Below, one piece after another: positions 11,683 to 24,589 of a DNA stretch of 64,000 nucleotides. Source of the DNA: Octopus sinensis (taxonomy: Eukaryota). The notes under the pieces were generated by a model. The model searched no databases. It worked only from the letters and a program-made list of their open reading frames with translations, and was not told where the DNA came from. The stretch is from contig NC_043003.1 in the NCBI RefSeq assembly GCF_006345805.1, positions 25,420,001 to 25,484,000 of the forward strand, given 5' to 3'. The position numbers and the translations under genes are program-made. The stretch's first letter is position 1, and each line of letters starts with the position of its first letter.

Positions 11683-12658
11683 TAAACACAGCCAAGAAAT
11701 TTTCCAAATTCAGTTAAGATAATCTTAACCTACTCCCTCTCTGGAAAAGTTACTTGAAGATAAGCATTTTAAAGAAATTTACGAGGGAAAGAAAATCGGG
11801 TGGGTGGGGCGTACTTTTGAAGTTAGGTCGTTATTTATGCACCACTCTCTCATTTCATCGAAAAATCACGCTGCAATTTTTCACATCTACCTTTTTTCCC
11901 TTCAGAATTCCGATTCTTTAATGCGATTGCTCACGATATTTTCCAATTTCATTTTGTGATCATAAACAGAAAGAAATGTTGTACAAATGAAATAATACGG
12001 CACTGAACGATTAAATAGTGTTTACATATTGAAGTGAATGTTGTAGATGTCACCGTGTGGTTGGATTCACCATAACTTCTAACTTTAATTTCTTCCAACG
12101 ATAAAGTCATAAAGAAGCTAACATCAATATCTTTATGTTGTTACTTACCAGAATGAAAACTGAATATATAACAACTACATCAGTAGTGAAACTTTCTATA
12201 AAATTGGATGAGTATATCAAACCATAAAGATTCGAATATTAGAAAAAAAATCTACATTAAACTATCAGGGGAACTAACTCTTACTGTTTTAGATCTCTTT
12301 TCCATTCATGAAATAACTGAAAAGGTTTTATTCTGTGTCCTGTTCGTTATACAAGGATTTCTAAGTCTAAAACTGTCTTGGACAACCTGCGGACCGTGGA
12401 ACATTCTGAGTGACACACCTAACGAAAAACTACCTTTTTTTTTTTATAGTAATACGGCCCACATGATGATGAACCATGTCACATGCGGCCCGCTTCTCGA
12501 TAAAGGTTGTCCGTATTTGGCCTTGAGCCTACAAGAAATAGGCAGTCGAATCGCCCTCAAATCATATCCTACAGATGTATTTTTCCCTCTTGAATTATGA
12601 GCTTTGACGCCTTTCTTTCATTAGACACGAAAAAACATGACGGAAATAAGAAAATGAA

Positions 12659-12812
12659 TAGGCGCAGGAGTGGTTGTGTGGTAAGAAGCTTGCTCCCCAA
12701 CCACATGGTTCTGGGTTCAGTTCTACTGCGTGGCAGCTTGGGCAAGTGTCTTCTCGGGCCGACCAAAGCCTTGTGAGTAGATTTGGCTGACGGAAACTGA
12801 AAGAAGCTCGTC

Positions 12813-12854
<42 letters not shown>

Positions 12855-13065
12855 GTGTCTGTGTTTGTCCCCCCACCATCGCTTGTTAACACACTACAAC
12901 CGATGTTGATGTGTTTACATTCCTGTAACTTAACGGTTCGGCAAAAGAGACTGATAGAATAAGTACTAGGCTTACAAAGAATAACCCTTGTGGTCGATTT
13001 GTTCAACTAAAGGTGATGCTCCAACATGGCCACAGTCAAATGACTGAAACAAGTAAATGAATAAA
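12659..13065 (+). mobile_element. SINE family 1, near full length (~410 bp)
   Basis: tRNA head, internal (TA)n, and a tail ending ATGACTGAAACAAGTAAA. Confidence 0.88.
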
Positions 13066-13650
13066 CATAAAAGCCTCGCATCTCAAGAAAATCCCACTGA
13101 ATTGCTTTGAGATATTCAGGTCCTAGGGAATCTGCACTCAGGGCTGAATAACAAATCTACTTGCATAAATATTACAAAATCTGGAATCATTTTAAAGCAG
13201 CATCATGCGTCCTCTTTGGTCTTCAGTGTACATATATATTAAAATATAATAAAAGCTAAGAAGGACTCATTCATGACAAAACATATCCACTCCTAATTCA
13301 CAAAATGTATTTAGACCACTATTTTCTATAACAAGCTTACAAACAAAATATATCGAAAGATTTGTAATGTTTGGATTAAAGTGGTTGTAGTAACTAAATC
13401 TAAGTTCCCATTAATAAATCTTAAATGATTAAAATCTGTGTTATAAACTTTCGAAGGCTAGTGCAGAGCCACAATACATGTGTAATAGTATAGTTTTAAT
13501 ACTCTTTATTACAACTTCAGTTAAACGTGGAAGGATTAACACAATTGATTAATTTTGTAGGAAACCAACAGATGAAACTTTTATATCTAAATTTTTATGA
13601 TGTATTTTTTAAAATTTCTCTAATGAAAGTAAAACGGTAATTTATTTAAT

Positions 13651-14075
13651 CTTTATTGGCTCAAAAAGCAAAAGTAAGGCCATGTAGGGGGACAGGGAGT
13701 TATGTACATGGAGGGTGCTCATACAAAGAGTTCAGGCCATTTCTGGTCAAGAGAGACTTTGAACAAAGCGGCCGTCGGCATCTTCACTATCTCGTCCGGC
13801 AGCTTATTCCACAGATCTGCAACCCGGACGGAGAAAGCCCCTTCCTTCAATTGAAATGAAATCATCGTAGATAGAGCTTTTCGGAGTGACCCTGCAGCCC
13901 ACGCTCTGGAGCAGGAGTGAAGAACAGCTCTTTCGAGAGGTTACACTTTCCACTTATGATGTTGTGAGCAAGAATGAGATCACCATGGCGTCATCGTTTT
14001 TCGAGAGAAGAAAGGTCGAGCGTCTTCAGCCTTCCTTCATAAGACAAATGCTTGAGACCAAGAACCATGCGGGTA
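13651..14075 (-). mobile_element. 5'-truncated CR1-clade LINE (ORF2 C-terminus and 3' UTR)
   Basis: Minus-strand translation RMVLGLKHLSYEGRLKTLDLSSLEKR*RHGDLI...QGHSEKL...AFSVRVADLWNKLPDEIV...FKVSLD matches the typical CR1 ORF2 tail. In-frame stops present, followed by AATAAA. Confidence 0.85.
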
Positions 14076-14770
14076 GATTCAAATATAATGTCAGGTGACA
14101 TAGTAAACCTTGGAAATTACTGTCTTGTAATATCTTTCATTTTTAACATCATATATAGTACACACTAGGGATTTTGACCATTAAATTTTGGGGAAAAAAA
14201 TGCAGATTATACTCAAGGATTTACGGTATTCAATTTTTGTTTTAGTCATTAGGCTGCAGTCCTGATGAGGTACCACTTTGAATATTTTAGTCAAACAAAT
14301 CAACCAGTACAAGCCTGGTACTTATTCTATTGGTATCTTTTTGTTGAACCACCAAGTTATGGTATGTAAGCAAACCAAAGCCAGTTGCAAAGTAGTAGTG
14401 GGGGGTCTAAGACACACATACAACAGGCTTCTTTCAATTTCCTCCAAATCTGCTCATAAGGCTTTGATCAGCCTGGGGCTATAGAAGACACTTGCTCAAA
14501 GTGGACCTGGGATCATGTGACTGAGAAGCAAACTTCTTACCGTACAGCCACACCTAACAGCTGCGAGGTCTTTTCTGAAGTTTGACAGATGTACTATTGT
14601 CATATTACATAGTAGGCATTCATTGGTTTTGAGAGATCATGGATCTGTGCTTGAAGTTGTATAAGTTGCTAATGGTGGTGCAGTATCTGCTGTAGTTGCA
14701 GAGGTCCACTCAGGAGTGGCAGTCACACATACAGCAAGTGCATTTGAAGGTGTTCTCTACCAGTGCTACT

Positions 14771-16610
14771 GGTTTCCTCCCAGGTCACCTCAACAAATGT
14801 ATATGCCCAAAACTATTGTGTATCCTCTACATTTACAGCCCCTATTCTCTCCCTTCTCAAATGCCTACTTCTGGCATTGCTTCTTCTATTCCTCTCCGTA
14901 GGCTACCAAGAACTTTAGTGATGGTGCCACAAGAAAATGTACAGAGTATATTCTGTAAAGTGTGCTATTCTTTATGTATGCAAGTGTCTATATATATTTA
15001 TATATAAATACACACACACACACATAATACTTATAAATATAATGTACATATCACAAACAGTATCATATTTATTTATTCTTTTCTACTCTAGGCACAAGGC
15101 CCAAAATTTTGGGGGAGGGGGCCAGTCAATTAGATTGACTCCAGTATGCAACTGGTACTTATTTATCGACCACAAAAGGATGAAAGGCAAAGTCGACCTC
15201 CGCAGAATTTGAACTCAGAACATAAAGACAAATGCAAACGAAATACCTATTTCTTTACTACCCACAAGGGGCTAAACACGGAGAGGACAAACAAGGACAG
15301 ACAAATGGATTAAGTCAATTACATTGACCACAGTGCATAACTGGTACTTAATTTATCGATCCCGAAAGGATGAAAGGCAAAGTCGACCTTGGTGGAATTT
15401 GAACTCAGAACGTAGCGGCAGACAAAATACCAAGCAATTTGCCCGGCGTGCTAACGTTTCTGCCAGCTTGCCACCGTATCATATTTATTGGTTACTGAAA
15501 AAAGAAGATGGGAAGGTCATAGGTGGAATACTTTTCATTATCAGTCTACTGGATCAGAAACAACAGCAGTAACTTGCTTCAGGGTTGCATACATGATTTG
15601 ATGTACTAATAGCAAATATGTCCTCATAAGCACATGTTTGCTGTTAAAGTCTGTAGAAATATTGAAGGTAATCTTTCATTTTCTGATCCAGAGACTGAAA
15701 ATAAAATAATGTTCAGCAGTATTCAACTAAAACTTGACAATAAAATGACAAAAGAAGAATATTCTTTGACACTGAAAGTTTATTTCAACACTGTTTATAT
15801 ATATATATAGAAGAAATGGTTGGCTGTTACATGACAAGCACCAGTAAGAACTGTAGACAACCTTGTAACATGCAGAATATTCACAACAAATAAACATGTT
15901 CTAGAAAATATAATATAAAATCATAAGCTATAGATTCGTTTTATTTTAATGGTTCTTTTCATTTTCCACAAATTAACTGTGGTTACATGTATCTATAGCG
16001 AATGCTTGTATATGCATATCTATTTAGTTCCCTGCCAAACCTACCTTCCTGGCCCATCAATTTACATCCTAGCTCCCTCATCCTTGTATCTCTTCACATA
16101 TAAACCTCCATCTTTTAATCACCTTGTCAAACTTCATCTATATTTCAACCCTCTCCCAACTTTTCTTTAGGCCCCACAAATAAGGAGCTGGATTGAACCA
16201 AGCTAATCAGAACATTCTAGCTTCAACCTGTTCTAGTACCAGCTAGCACTCTGAATCCTCTGGGTCAGTTTATTGCCACCCAAAATCTATCCTTACTTTT
16301 ATCTCATCATTCACTGTTACCTTCATGTACCACCACCATTGCAAATAACCTCCTCTAACTCCCCATACATATCCGTTTTTCCCTTCCACTTTCTCATCCA
16401 TTCTTGCCCTCCTTGTTTGGTTTCCTCCTAAGTCACCTCAACAAATGTACATGCCCAAAACTATTGTGTATCCTCTACATTTACAGCCCCTATTCTCCCC
16501 CCTCTCAAATGCCTAGTTCTGGCATTGCTGCTTCTATTCCCTTCTTTAGGTTACCAAGAACTTTAGTATTGGTGCCACAAGAAAATGCACCTAGTATATT
16601 CTGTAAAGTG
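14771..16610 (+). repeat. ~190-bp direct repeat pair (14771-14961 and 16419-16610)
   Basis: Shared GTCACCTCAACAAATGTA...TATTCTGTAAAGTG, with high identity by eye. Confidence 0.8.
15073..15475 (-). mobile_element. SINE family 2 dimer
   Basis: Two tandem bodies on the minus strand, flanked by the TSD GTATCATATTTATT. Confidence 0.85.
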
Positions 16611-17644
16611 ATTGACAACAGGAAGGGCTTTCAGGTGTAGAAATTATATTAAATGGCATGTCCAGGCACTACATTTAGGGAAGAAATAGCTCCCAATAAG
16701 AAATTACTCAGATAATGATGACTCGTCCAACATATGCCAGCATGGAAAGCAGGCAAATGATGGCAAGGATATTTGTAGGATTATTGTAGATTTATTTTTA
16801 AGTGTTCACAGCAACTTGTTCTTTTGATAATATTTCTCCAAATAGATATAGTTATTACCATGGAAAGAACTAATGAAATTATGCTGACATTAATTCTAAA
16901 TAATGACACTATAAGGAAATTGTAAAATATCAATGGTAACCAAACAATGATATAACTGCTTTTGTAATCAAACTGGAGGTTATAGTCAACCTAAAGTGAA
17001 ATTAACAAATATCAAAATATTTCATGCCAAAAAAAAAAAAAAAAAAATCCAGTGGAAGCATAATATTTTTCAATAAATAATTTTGACAGCTTACACTATG
17101 ATATTTATACAATAAAATAGATTGTGCATTTGTCCTTTCACTGTCATTTAATGTCGAATTTTCCATGTCCGCACAGATCAGATGGAATTTATTGAAGCAG
17201 ATTTTCTATGTCCCAATACCTTTCCTGTTGCCAAGCAAAGTAATATTTTTCTATAGCCAGACGTGTTTTCATAGATTGGAAATAAACAACACCGATTTTA
17301 TGATGGTGACACTCATTTAAAACTATCCTGCAATGTCAAGATAAGGAGACACAAACACACACATATATATCATTATTCAATGCTTGTTTTCCATGCTGGT
17401 ATGGAACCTAGAGAACAGCACTAGGTTCCAGTCATGTGTTTTGGCTTGGTTTCTATGGCTGAATGCCGTTCCTAATGTCAACCACTTTACAGAGTGTACT
17501 GGGTGCTTGTTACATGGCGTCAGAACAGGTGCTTTTTATGTGACACTAGCATCAACAGGGTCGCCAAGTAACTTCAAAACAAAAAACCCTTCAACCGGGA
17601 GGGGGCCATTAACCAAGATAATTCATATATATATATATATATAT

Positions 17645-17810
17645 GGCACGTAAAAGCACCCACTACACTCTCGGAGTGGTTGGCATTAGGAAGGGCATCC
17701 AGCTGCAGAAACTCTGCCAGATCAGATTTGAGCCTGGTGCAGCCATCTGGTTTGCCAGTCCTCAGTCAAATTGTCCAACCCATGGAAAGCAGACATTAAA
17801 CGATGATGAT
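17645..17810 (+). mobile_element. SINE family 3 / RTE-related 3' segment
   Basis: GGTTGGCATTAGGAAGGGCATCCAGCTG...CCAACCCATG...TTAAACGATGATGAT tail. Related copies at ~1-85, 42225-42392 and 46424-46660 (+), and 7405-7565, 17385-17600 and 53705-53940 (-). Confidence 0.7.
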
Positions 17811-18742
17811 ATATATATATATAAAAACATACATATATACACACACGCGACCATTTCTGTCAATCAAACTCACTGACAAGACTCAGGTGTTATAGAAGAC
17901 AAGGTGTCACACAATGGGAGCAAACCTGAAATTGTGCAGTTGGGCAGGTCTAATTTGTTTCTTTACTACTGAATAAGGTCCCTTTGTGATAATATTCCTC
18001 AGTTGTCAAAAAAAAAAAAAAAGAAAGAAAAAAGTATCATTTCTTTATCATCATTTTTATGTCACATTAGATAAGACTTTTTGAAAAAGTATTCTACAGC
18101 TTGATGCACATCCAAATTTCACTCACAACCAACATAAAGGAAGAGTAGAAGACATTTGCTCAAAGTGCTGCACAGTGCAACTGAACCGGAAGCCATGTGG
18201 TTGTGAGTCAAACTTCTTAGCCATATAGCCATGCCTTAGAAACAATGCATTTATTTAAAATATCAGAGTATTAAGTTTAATGTGGATGCATTTGCTGTTA
18301 TTTGGTTGATGAAGCTGACAGGCAAAGTTTGCTGTTCCAGCCAAATTGATCTTCACAATAAATTTGACTCTTCTCACAGTACAGATTCTGCCAGTAAATG
18401 TTCCTTCTCTCAATATTCATGAACTTGCTTTAAAATAACAGCCTTATTTTAACATTTACATTCGTGGCTGTATAATATTGTAGTGATATAAGAGAAAGTG
18501 AATTTACCACTTGTAACTCAACCATATTTACTCTCTTCTGAGCAAACACGTGTATGACATATATCATGTGTAGAAAATATTTTGCCATTGATGTTGCAAT
18601 GTCATAGATTTTCAGGTGTGAAGATTTTTGCATGCAGTTAAATTATTTCTTTGAGAAAATGATCCAACACAAATAACAATGTCTATAAATATGTTTGGGT
18701 TAATGTAAATTACTCAGCTGAAAAAATATTTTCCTACATATT

Positions 18743-19597
18743 TCAGGGTGGGAGGGATTTTCCTTCTGAATGAAGATATTTGTGTCTTGTTAAATTGCTA
18801 CTTCGAGAAAAGGCCTTCCCACACATATCACAATCATATGACATCTCTCCTGTGTGAACACGTTTATGAGTCAATAAACAACCACGACTGGAAAATGTTT
18901 CGTCACAAACATGACATTGGTGTTTCTCTCCAGTGTGAATACGCATGTGTTTGTGGTAGGTAGCATTATAAGCAAATTTTTCACTACAAATATCACACTG
19001 GTATGGTTTGCCTCCTGTATGAACACGTTGATGCCATGCCAGATAAGAAATTCCAGAAAAATTTCTACCACAGATTTCACACTTATATGGTTTTTCACCT
19101 ATATGACGGCGTTTGTGCTGGAATAATTTATCTTTGCATATAAACATTTTCCCACAGATATGACATTCATACGATTTCTCTCCTGTGCGAATAGGTTTAT
19201 GGCTAGTTAAATCATTACTCTGAGAATCTGTCTTGTCAGAGTGATATAGTTTCTCGTCTGTGTGTGTATCATTGTGTGTAGTTAAGGCAATATCTGGAGA
19301 CACTGTTTCATCAGTGATATCACAGTGATATGACATTTCTCCTGTCTGAACACAATGGTGGGAATTTAACAAACTATATTTAATAAATCTTTTATCACAA
19401 ATTTGGCACTCATAAAATTTTGATCTTATGTGAAATAACTTATGTTCACTTAATTCACTTTGTACTATGAATGCTCTTCCACAGATTTCACAGAGATAAG
19501 GTCTTTTCGGAGATATTTTCAGAGTTTCTTTAGAATATTCTGTTCCTTTAAACTGTGTTATACCTTGAATCTGACTCTCACAGAATTCTTTCTCCAT
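18743..19597 (-). CDS. C2H2 zinc-finger protein B (284 aa; 6 intact and 3 degenerate fingers)
   Basis: MEKEFCESQ leader followed by C2H2 repeats with TGEK-like linkers. Fingers 2-4 have lost zinc ligands. The coding exon acceptor (TTTCAG) is at ~20100, homologous to the one at ~9654 in ZNF-A. Confidence 0.92.
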   Translation of the reverse strand: MEKEFCESQIQGITQFKGTEYSKETLKISPKRPYLCEICGRAFIVQSELSEHKLFHIRSKFYECQICDKRFIKYSLLNSHHCVQTGEMSYHCDITDETVSPDIALTTHNDTHTDEKLYHSDKTDSQSNDLTSHKPIRTGEKSYECHICGKMFICKDKLFQHKRRHIGEKPYKCEICGRNFSGISYLAWHQRVHTGGKPYQCDICSEKFAYNATYHKHMRIHTGEKHQCHVCDETFSSRGCLLTHKRVHTGEMSYDCDMCGKAFSRSSNLTRHKYLHSEGKSLPP

Positions 19598-21440
19598 TGC
19601 TTTTTTTAATTTTTTTATTTTATGTCACAATAATAATATATCTTTCTGTCTTTTCGAGCATTAAATTACACCATTAATATATCTTCTCCACTAACAGTGA
19701 TATTTATTGAAGTCAGAGACTATTTCAGATCAGAATTAGTCATTTGCATAAGGACTGGCTTAGGTAAAAACCCTATTTCAGAAGAAAGCAGAAACTAAAA
19801 TATCACTGAAACTACTCCAGTTAAAAAATTACATCTGTATGAAAATCCTAATAGAGGAAGCAGTTATGTCCGCACAGTAAGTTTTTCCAAGTTTAATCTA
19901 AAAAAAAAAATCCTTTTACACATACTTCCAGTCAATAAATATGTTTCATAATTAATTTCAGGTCAAAAGAAATATATCTCTTTATATCAATCAAAGAATT
20001 TTGTTAAAGTTAGTTTTGCTCCTGATAGTTCTTCACAGTTGTTAAGTATGTTGATATATCGTAAGTGTAAATGTTTTTAAGTCCATGCCATGAGGTATCC
20101 TGAAATATAGACCAAAATGTATATATGAGATATTTAAATGATGTGATTTAAAAAAAAATTATTAGAGTGAAAAGAGCCAGAAGAAATATGGGGAACATCT
20201 TTCCTACAATTTTCTATGCCTCTTTACTCAGAGATTCACTCTGCCATATACAACCAAACATTGATCCTCATTGAAAATACTGTTGTTTCTACATAGCACC
20301 TGGGCAACATTGAGTAACTCTACTAATAACTGATAATCATCATCAATGTTTTATCTTTTATTTGCTTCTGTTCACTGTAGTCATGCTGGGGCACCGCCTT
20401 GAAGGGTTTTAGTCACACAAATTGACCCCAGGACTTATTTTTTAAAACCTAACCCCAGTATGTAACTGGTACTTAATTTATTGACCCCCGAAAAGATGAA
20501 AGCAAAGTTGACTTTGGTGGAATATGAATGCAGGACATAACGACAGGCGAAATACTGCTAAGCATTTCGCCTGGTGTGCTAACAATTCTGCCAGCTCACT
20601 GAACTGCTAAGTTGCAGGGACGTAAATACACTAACACAGGTTGTCAAGCAGTAATGGGGGACACAGAGATACATTCACATAGATGTATGATAAGCTTCTT
20701 TCAGTTTCAGTCTGACAAGCTTCTTACCATCTAGCAAATCCACTCACAAGGCTCTGGTCGGCCCAAGTCTATATGAAGAGTGAATGGTTTTTCTGAGACA
20801 ACATTTTATGGTCAAATGTTCTTCCAGTTGCCTCTTATGACATTTCTGATCAAAGCTGTTCCTGTCATGACTATCCTATCTTCTTGTACATCTATGACTT
20901 TTCTTGGAATATCATCCAGAAGGATGTGATTGGTGTAGATTTTTGACCACTAATTCTTGCAGGTGGAACGACTTGTTTTAAAACAAAGTCTATCAGATAA
21001 GGGAAAACAAACAAAAAAGTACTGATATAATTAAATGTAAACGAAATGGTGGAATACAAAGTAGAACACATAATTAGGGGTATTATATTCCTAAAATTCA
21101 ATGAAATGGCTTCTACAAGATAGCTAGATCTGCTTAATTAAGACCGATTTACATCAGCTCAATTTTTTAGGCGGGTGTGGTGAAGTTCGATCATGTCCGC
21201 CACAGATGACAATAGTACAGTCCTGTTCTGTAACAGTTATTACAAGACTAGGGGATTTGACTTGGAATATTTTTGAAGAGGGTGTTAAAAACTAATAAAT
21301 AACCTCATTTTATTAAAAGTTTTAATAAGGGTATCTGCTGGGTAGCATAGTATGAGAAATATAACTGCGAAAAATTAGCTTGATTCATTAGAATATTTAA
21401 TCACTTTACAGTAGAAATCAGATATACATCCAAAACTTAC

Positions 21441-22330
21441 CAATTTCATTAGCCTTAATTGTGGAAAGCAGTTTTATATATACCAAACTATCCTTTGCTG
21501 AGAAATATAATACATGAAACTATTATTTTGTGTATGTATACGTGTTTATGTGTATTTGTTTGTTTGAAATTATAACCTTCGGTCTGAAAGAAACATACAT
21601 TAGACAATGCAGTCTCCAATGTACTGGGGTGGAGTTTCGGAATAGTTGTTTCCCTAAGTCTCATACATCACAGGAAAGGGAAAGGGTTGAATTTTATCTT
21701 CACTTTTTACTATTCCTGTGTTTCGTGCAACGGAAATTATGATCCTGGGATTTTTTTTTTCCCAAAGATATTTCAATTTTTCTTTTTTACAAATTATCTC
21801 CACTTCCGCACATTTTGCCTGTTTTCTATGAGGAAGCTTCGTAGGGCAGCTATTCCAAAAACTCCGCTAATACTAGATAGACAGTTGTAGTTGGAACAAA
21901 CTTAAACATAGTAAAAAAACAAACAACCAAAACGGATTTAGTTTTAATCTAAGAAAAAAAAAAAGAAAACTTACATATTCACCCTTAAACATCGCAGATC
22001 TGCACAGAACTCTTCGCCACAACTTTCACGACTTCAATTTCTTTCCAGCATCAAAAATGATACAGAAGTCCAATATCAATGTGTTTGTGTAGCAATTCAA
22101 CCACAAAGCTGGACATCAGTCAACCTCATACGTCTTCATTAAAAGACAAAATATGCAAAAATTGCTGGCAGGGCTAACAAATACGTAATCCCAGAGAAAA
22201 GAGCGACATAAATAACAAATTTTTCAAAATGGAAAACAATACGTCCTGATTATCTGCGCATGCGCCGACGAGCAAGAGGGTATGAGGACGCTCACGATAC
22301 TTAAATCTGAAACGCGCAATGTGCGTCTCT
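21441..22330 (-). promoter_or_regulatory. Probable promoter and 5'-UTR exons of ZNF-B
   Basis: Candidate exon 21497-21441 (CAG acceptor, GTAAGT donor) and a GTAAGT donor at 21974. Locally CpG-rich patch with an NRF1-type TGCGCATGCGC motif at 22255-22265. Confidence 0.45.
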
Positions 22331-22641
22331 TGTAAATGCCTTTCTTTACTGGAAGACGTTCCAACCGTGACTATCTTTTTTTTTAAAAGCGTTACGTCCG
22401 TAACCATCCCATCATTTTTTTTTTTGATGTGCATCATATTTTCCCCCTTTTTCATGCCTCTCAATATTTTTTCTTCTCTCTGATGAAAGGATGACGGGTG
22501 TCACTTGAAATGTTAGATAAATATCGAACCATGTAAGACGTTTTCTCAGTTAATCATCCAGTCGTAAATGTATTCACACTGGAGAAAAACTCTAACACTA
22601 TGATAAGCTATTTTCACACTATGAAAAACTATAACACACTG

Positions 22642-23210
22642 ATTAGCACGCCAGGCGAAATGCTTAGCAGTATTTCGTCTGCCGCTACGTTCTGAGTTCA
22701 AATTCCGCCGAGCTCTACTTTGCCTTTCATCCTTTCGGGGTCGATTAAATAAGTACCAGTTACACACTGGAGTCGATGTAATCGACTTAATCCATTTGTC
22801 TGTCCTTGTTCGTCCCCTCTGTGTTTAGCCCCTTGTGGGTAGTAAAGAAATAGGTATTTCGCCTGCCGTTACGTTCTGAGTTCAAATTCCGCCCAGGTCG
22901 ACTTTCCCTTTCATCCTTTCGGGGTCAGTCAAATAAGTACCAGTTACACACTGGGGTAGATATAATCGACTTAATCCGTTTGTCTGTCCTCTCTGTGTTT
23001 AGCCCCTTGTGGGTAGTAAAGAAATAGGTATTTCGTCTGCCACTACGTTTTGAGTTCAAATTCCGCCCAGGTCAACTTTGCTTTTCATTCTTTCGGGGTC
23101 GATAGATTAAGTACTAGTTATGCACTGGGGTCGATGTAATCGACTTAATCCGTTTGTCTGACCTTGTTTGTCCCTCTATGTTTAGCCCCTTGTGGGCAAT
23201 AAAGAAATAA
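22642..23210 (+). mobile_element. SINE family 2 trimer
   Basis: One partial head, then body units starting GTATTTCG at 22670, 22854 and 23028. Confidence 0.88.
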
Positions 23211-23544
23211 GAAAAACAATACCATTTTGATGTTTGTGGTAAGACATTTTTCTGACAATAGTGAGTTCTCCCACCACAAACGTATTCATGCAGACGTGAT
23301 GCGTGTAGTAAAAGCCTTTATTTGCAAGAATGGGCTTTCTTGTCACAAATATATTTACAGAGAAAGAAAATTCTGTGAGTACGACATCTGTGATAAAGCA
23401 TTTTTTAGTAATCACAGAGAGATAGAGAATCCATACGGCTATGTTATCTGTGGTAAAACCTTATCTCATTGCAGTAATTTCATTTTTCTACAAACATATT
23501 CCCATGGAAGAAAAAAAGATGTGATTGTGAAGTTTGCGGTGTTA

Positions 23545-23772
23545 TGTAGGGAGAATTTGCCATCTTTGTTGTAGTGATGACTTGCTAGTGTATGTTGTTA
23601 AAGACCATCGTTGTGTGGTCGCCGATCTAAGCTGGCTGTGCTTATAATAAACTCACGAACTTTTAACTTATTTATTGATGGAAATGAATTACTGTATTGC
23701 TATCTAGAAAAGAAACACTGCTGGCTGGGATAACAGCCGCGTTGCGTCTTGTTGAAGGCTAACTCTGGTACA
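23545..23772 (+). mobile_element. Possible solo LTR inside the ZNF pseudogene
   Basis: TGTA...TACA ends, internal AATAAA, flanks GTGTTA / TTGTTA (6 bp, 1 mismatch). Confidence 0.4.
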
Positions 23773-24589
23773 TTGTTAGTGAGTATTTCACATGGCCTCT
23801 TGCTCAAACATACATCTGTGATGTTTCTGAGAAAGCATTTTCAGAAAGTAATTTATTGTGCTAAAATGTTTAACCACTACATCTTCCTCAAATTATACTA
23901 CTATCTTAATAAAGAAAGATATGTTAGACAACCCTAAAATGATGTGATGGTCTTGGCTGGAAAACCTTGGATCAGAAATTGCCTTGATCAAAATTGATCT
24001 CAGGCTAAGTAATGACAACTATAGGAACTAGGAACTAATGATCCAACAAGGAAGCCTATGTCTTGTAGCTGCTAGAAATCTCAATTAAATCCCCTAAATC
24101 ATACCCTATCATCTTTAAAGAAAGAACACATTGGATAGCATAGTTTTAGATAAGCCTTGTCTGAAAAAAGACGGGATGATCACCATCTGAAGGGCTTTGG
24201 TCATATGTTTTAGGGATAAATAATTAGCAAAGTCCTAGATGCACTATGTCAGAAAGAAAGAAGAGATGAGAACAACTGGAATATCTTTGATCATAAGATC
24301 TGCTTGATCAGTTCTGACCAGGGACTAAACAACCATACTACAGTGTTATCTTGGATTAAACATTTTCTGGAAACAGAGTTTTATCTCCCTACACTTGACT
24401 AGAAAACCATAACACTTATGCTGTCCCTTTTCAAACATTCACAAAAACAAGATATATATTACTGTAACAGTTGAAAAATATTTCCTTTCATTTCTTCTAT
24501 TGTATTGTCACATTTCTCTGTTCTTTATTTTTTTTTTGCAACTTATTTGCAGAGAAATGATACAATTGACATATGTAGTCAAAATATTT

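Larger units (their letters stand above)
22525..23850 (+). pseudogene. Decayed C2H2 zinc-finger pseudogene interrupted by a SINE trimer and an LTR-like insert
   Basis: Remnants such as ATTCACACTGGAGAAAAA (IHTGEK) at ~22572, DVCGKTFSDNSEFSHHKRIH across a frameshift (~23228-23290), YDICDKAF and VICGKTLSH. Contains stops and frameshifts. Confidence 0.75.

Noticed and set aside
14262-14300. CTGATGAG hammerhead-like core (also CTGATGA near 57753)
   Set aside because: No stem II/GAAA/stem III arrangement follows. The first lies in a decayed SINE.
22670-23210. Regularly spaced repeats superficially like a CRISPR array (also 61180-61345)
   Set aside because: Whole units repeat with no unique spacers, the context is eukaryotic, and there are no cas genes.
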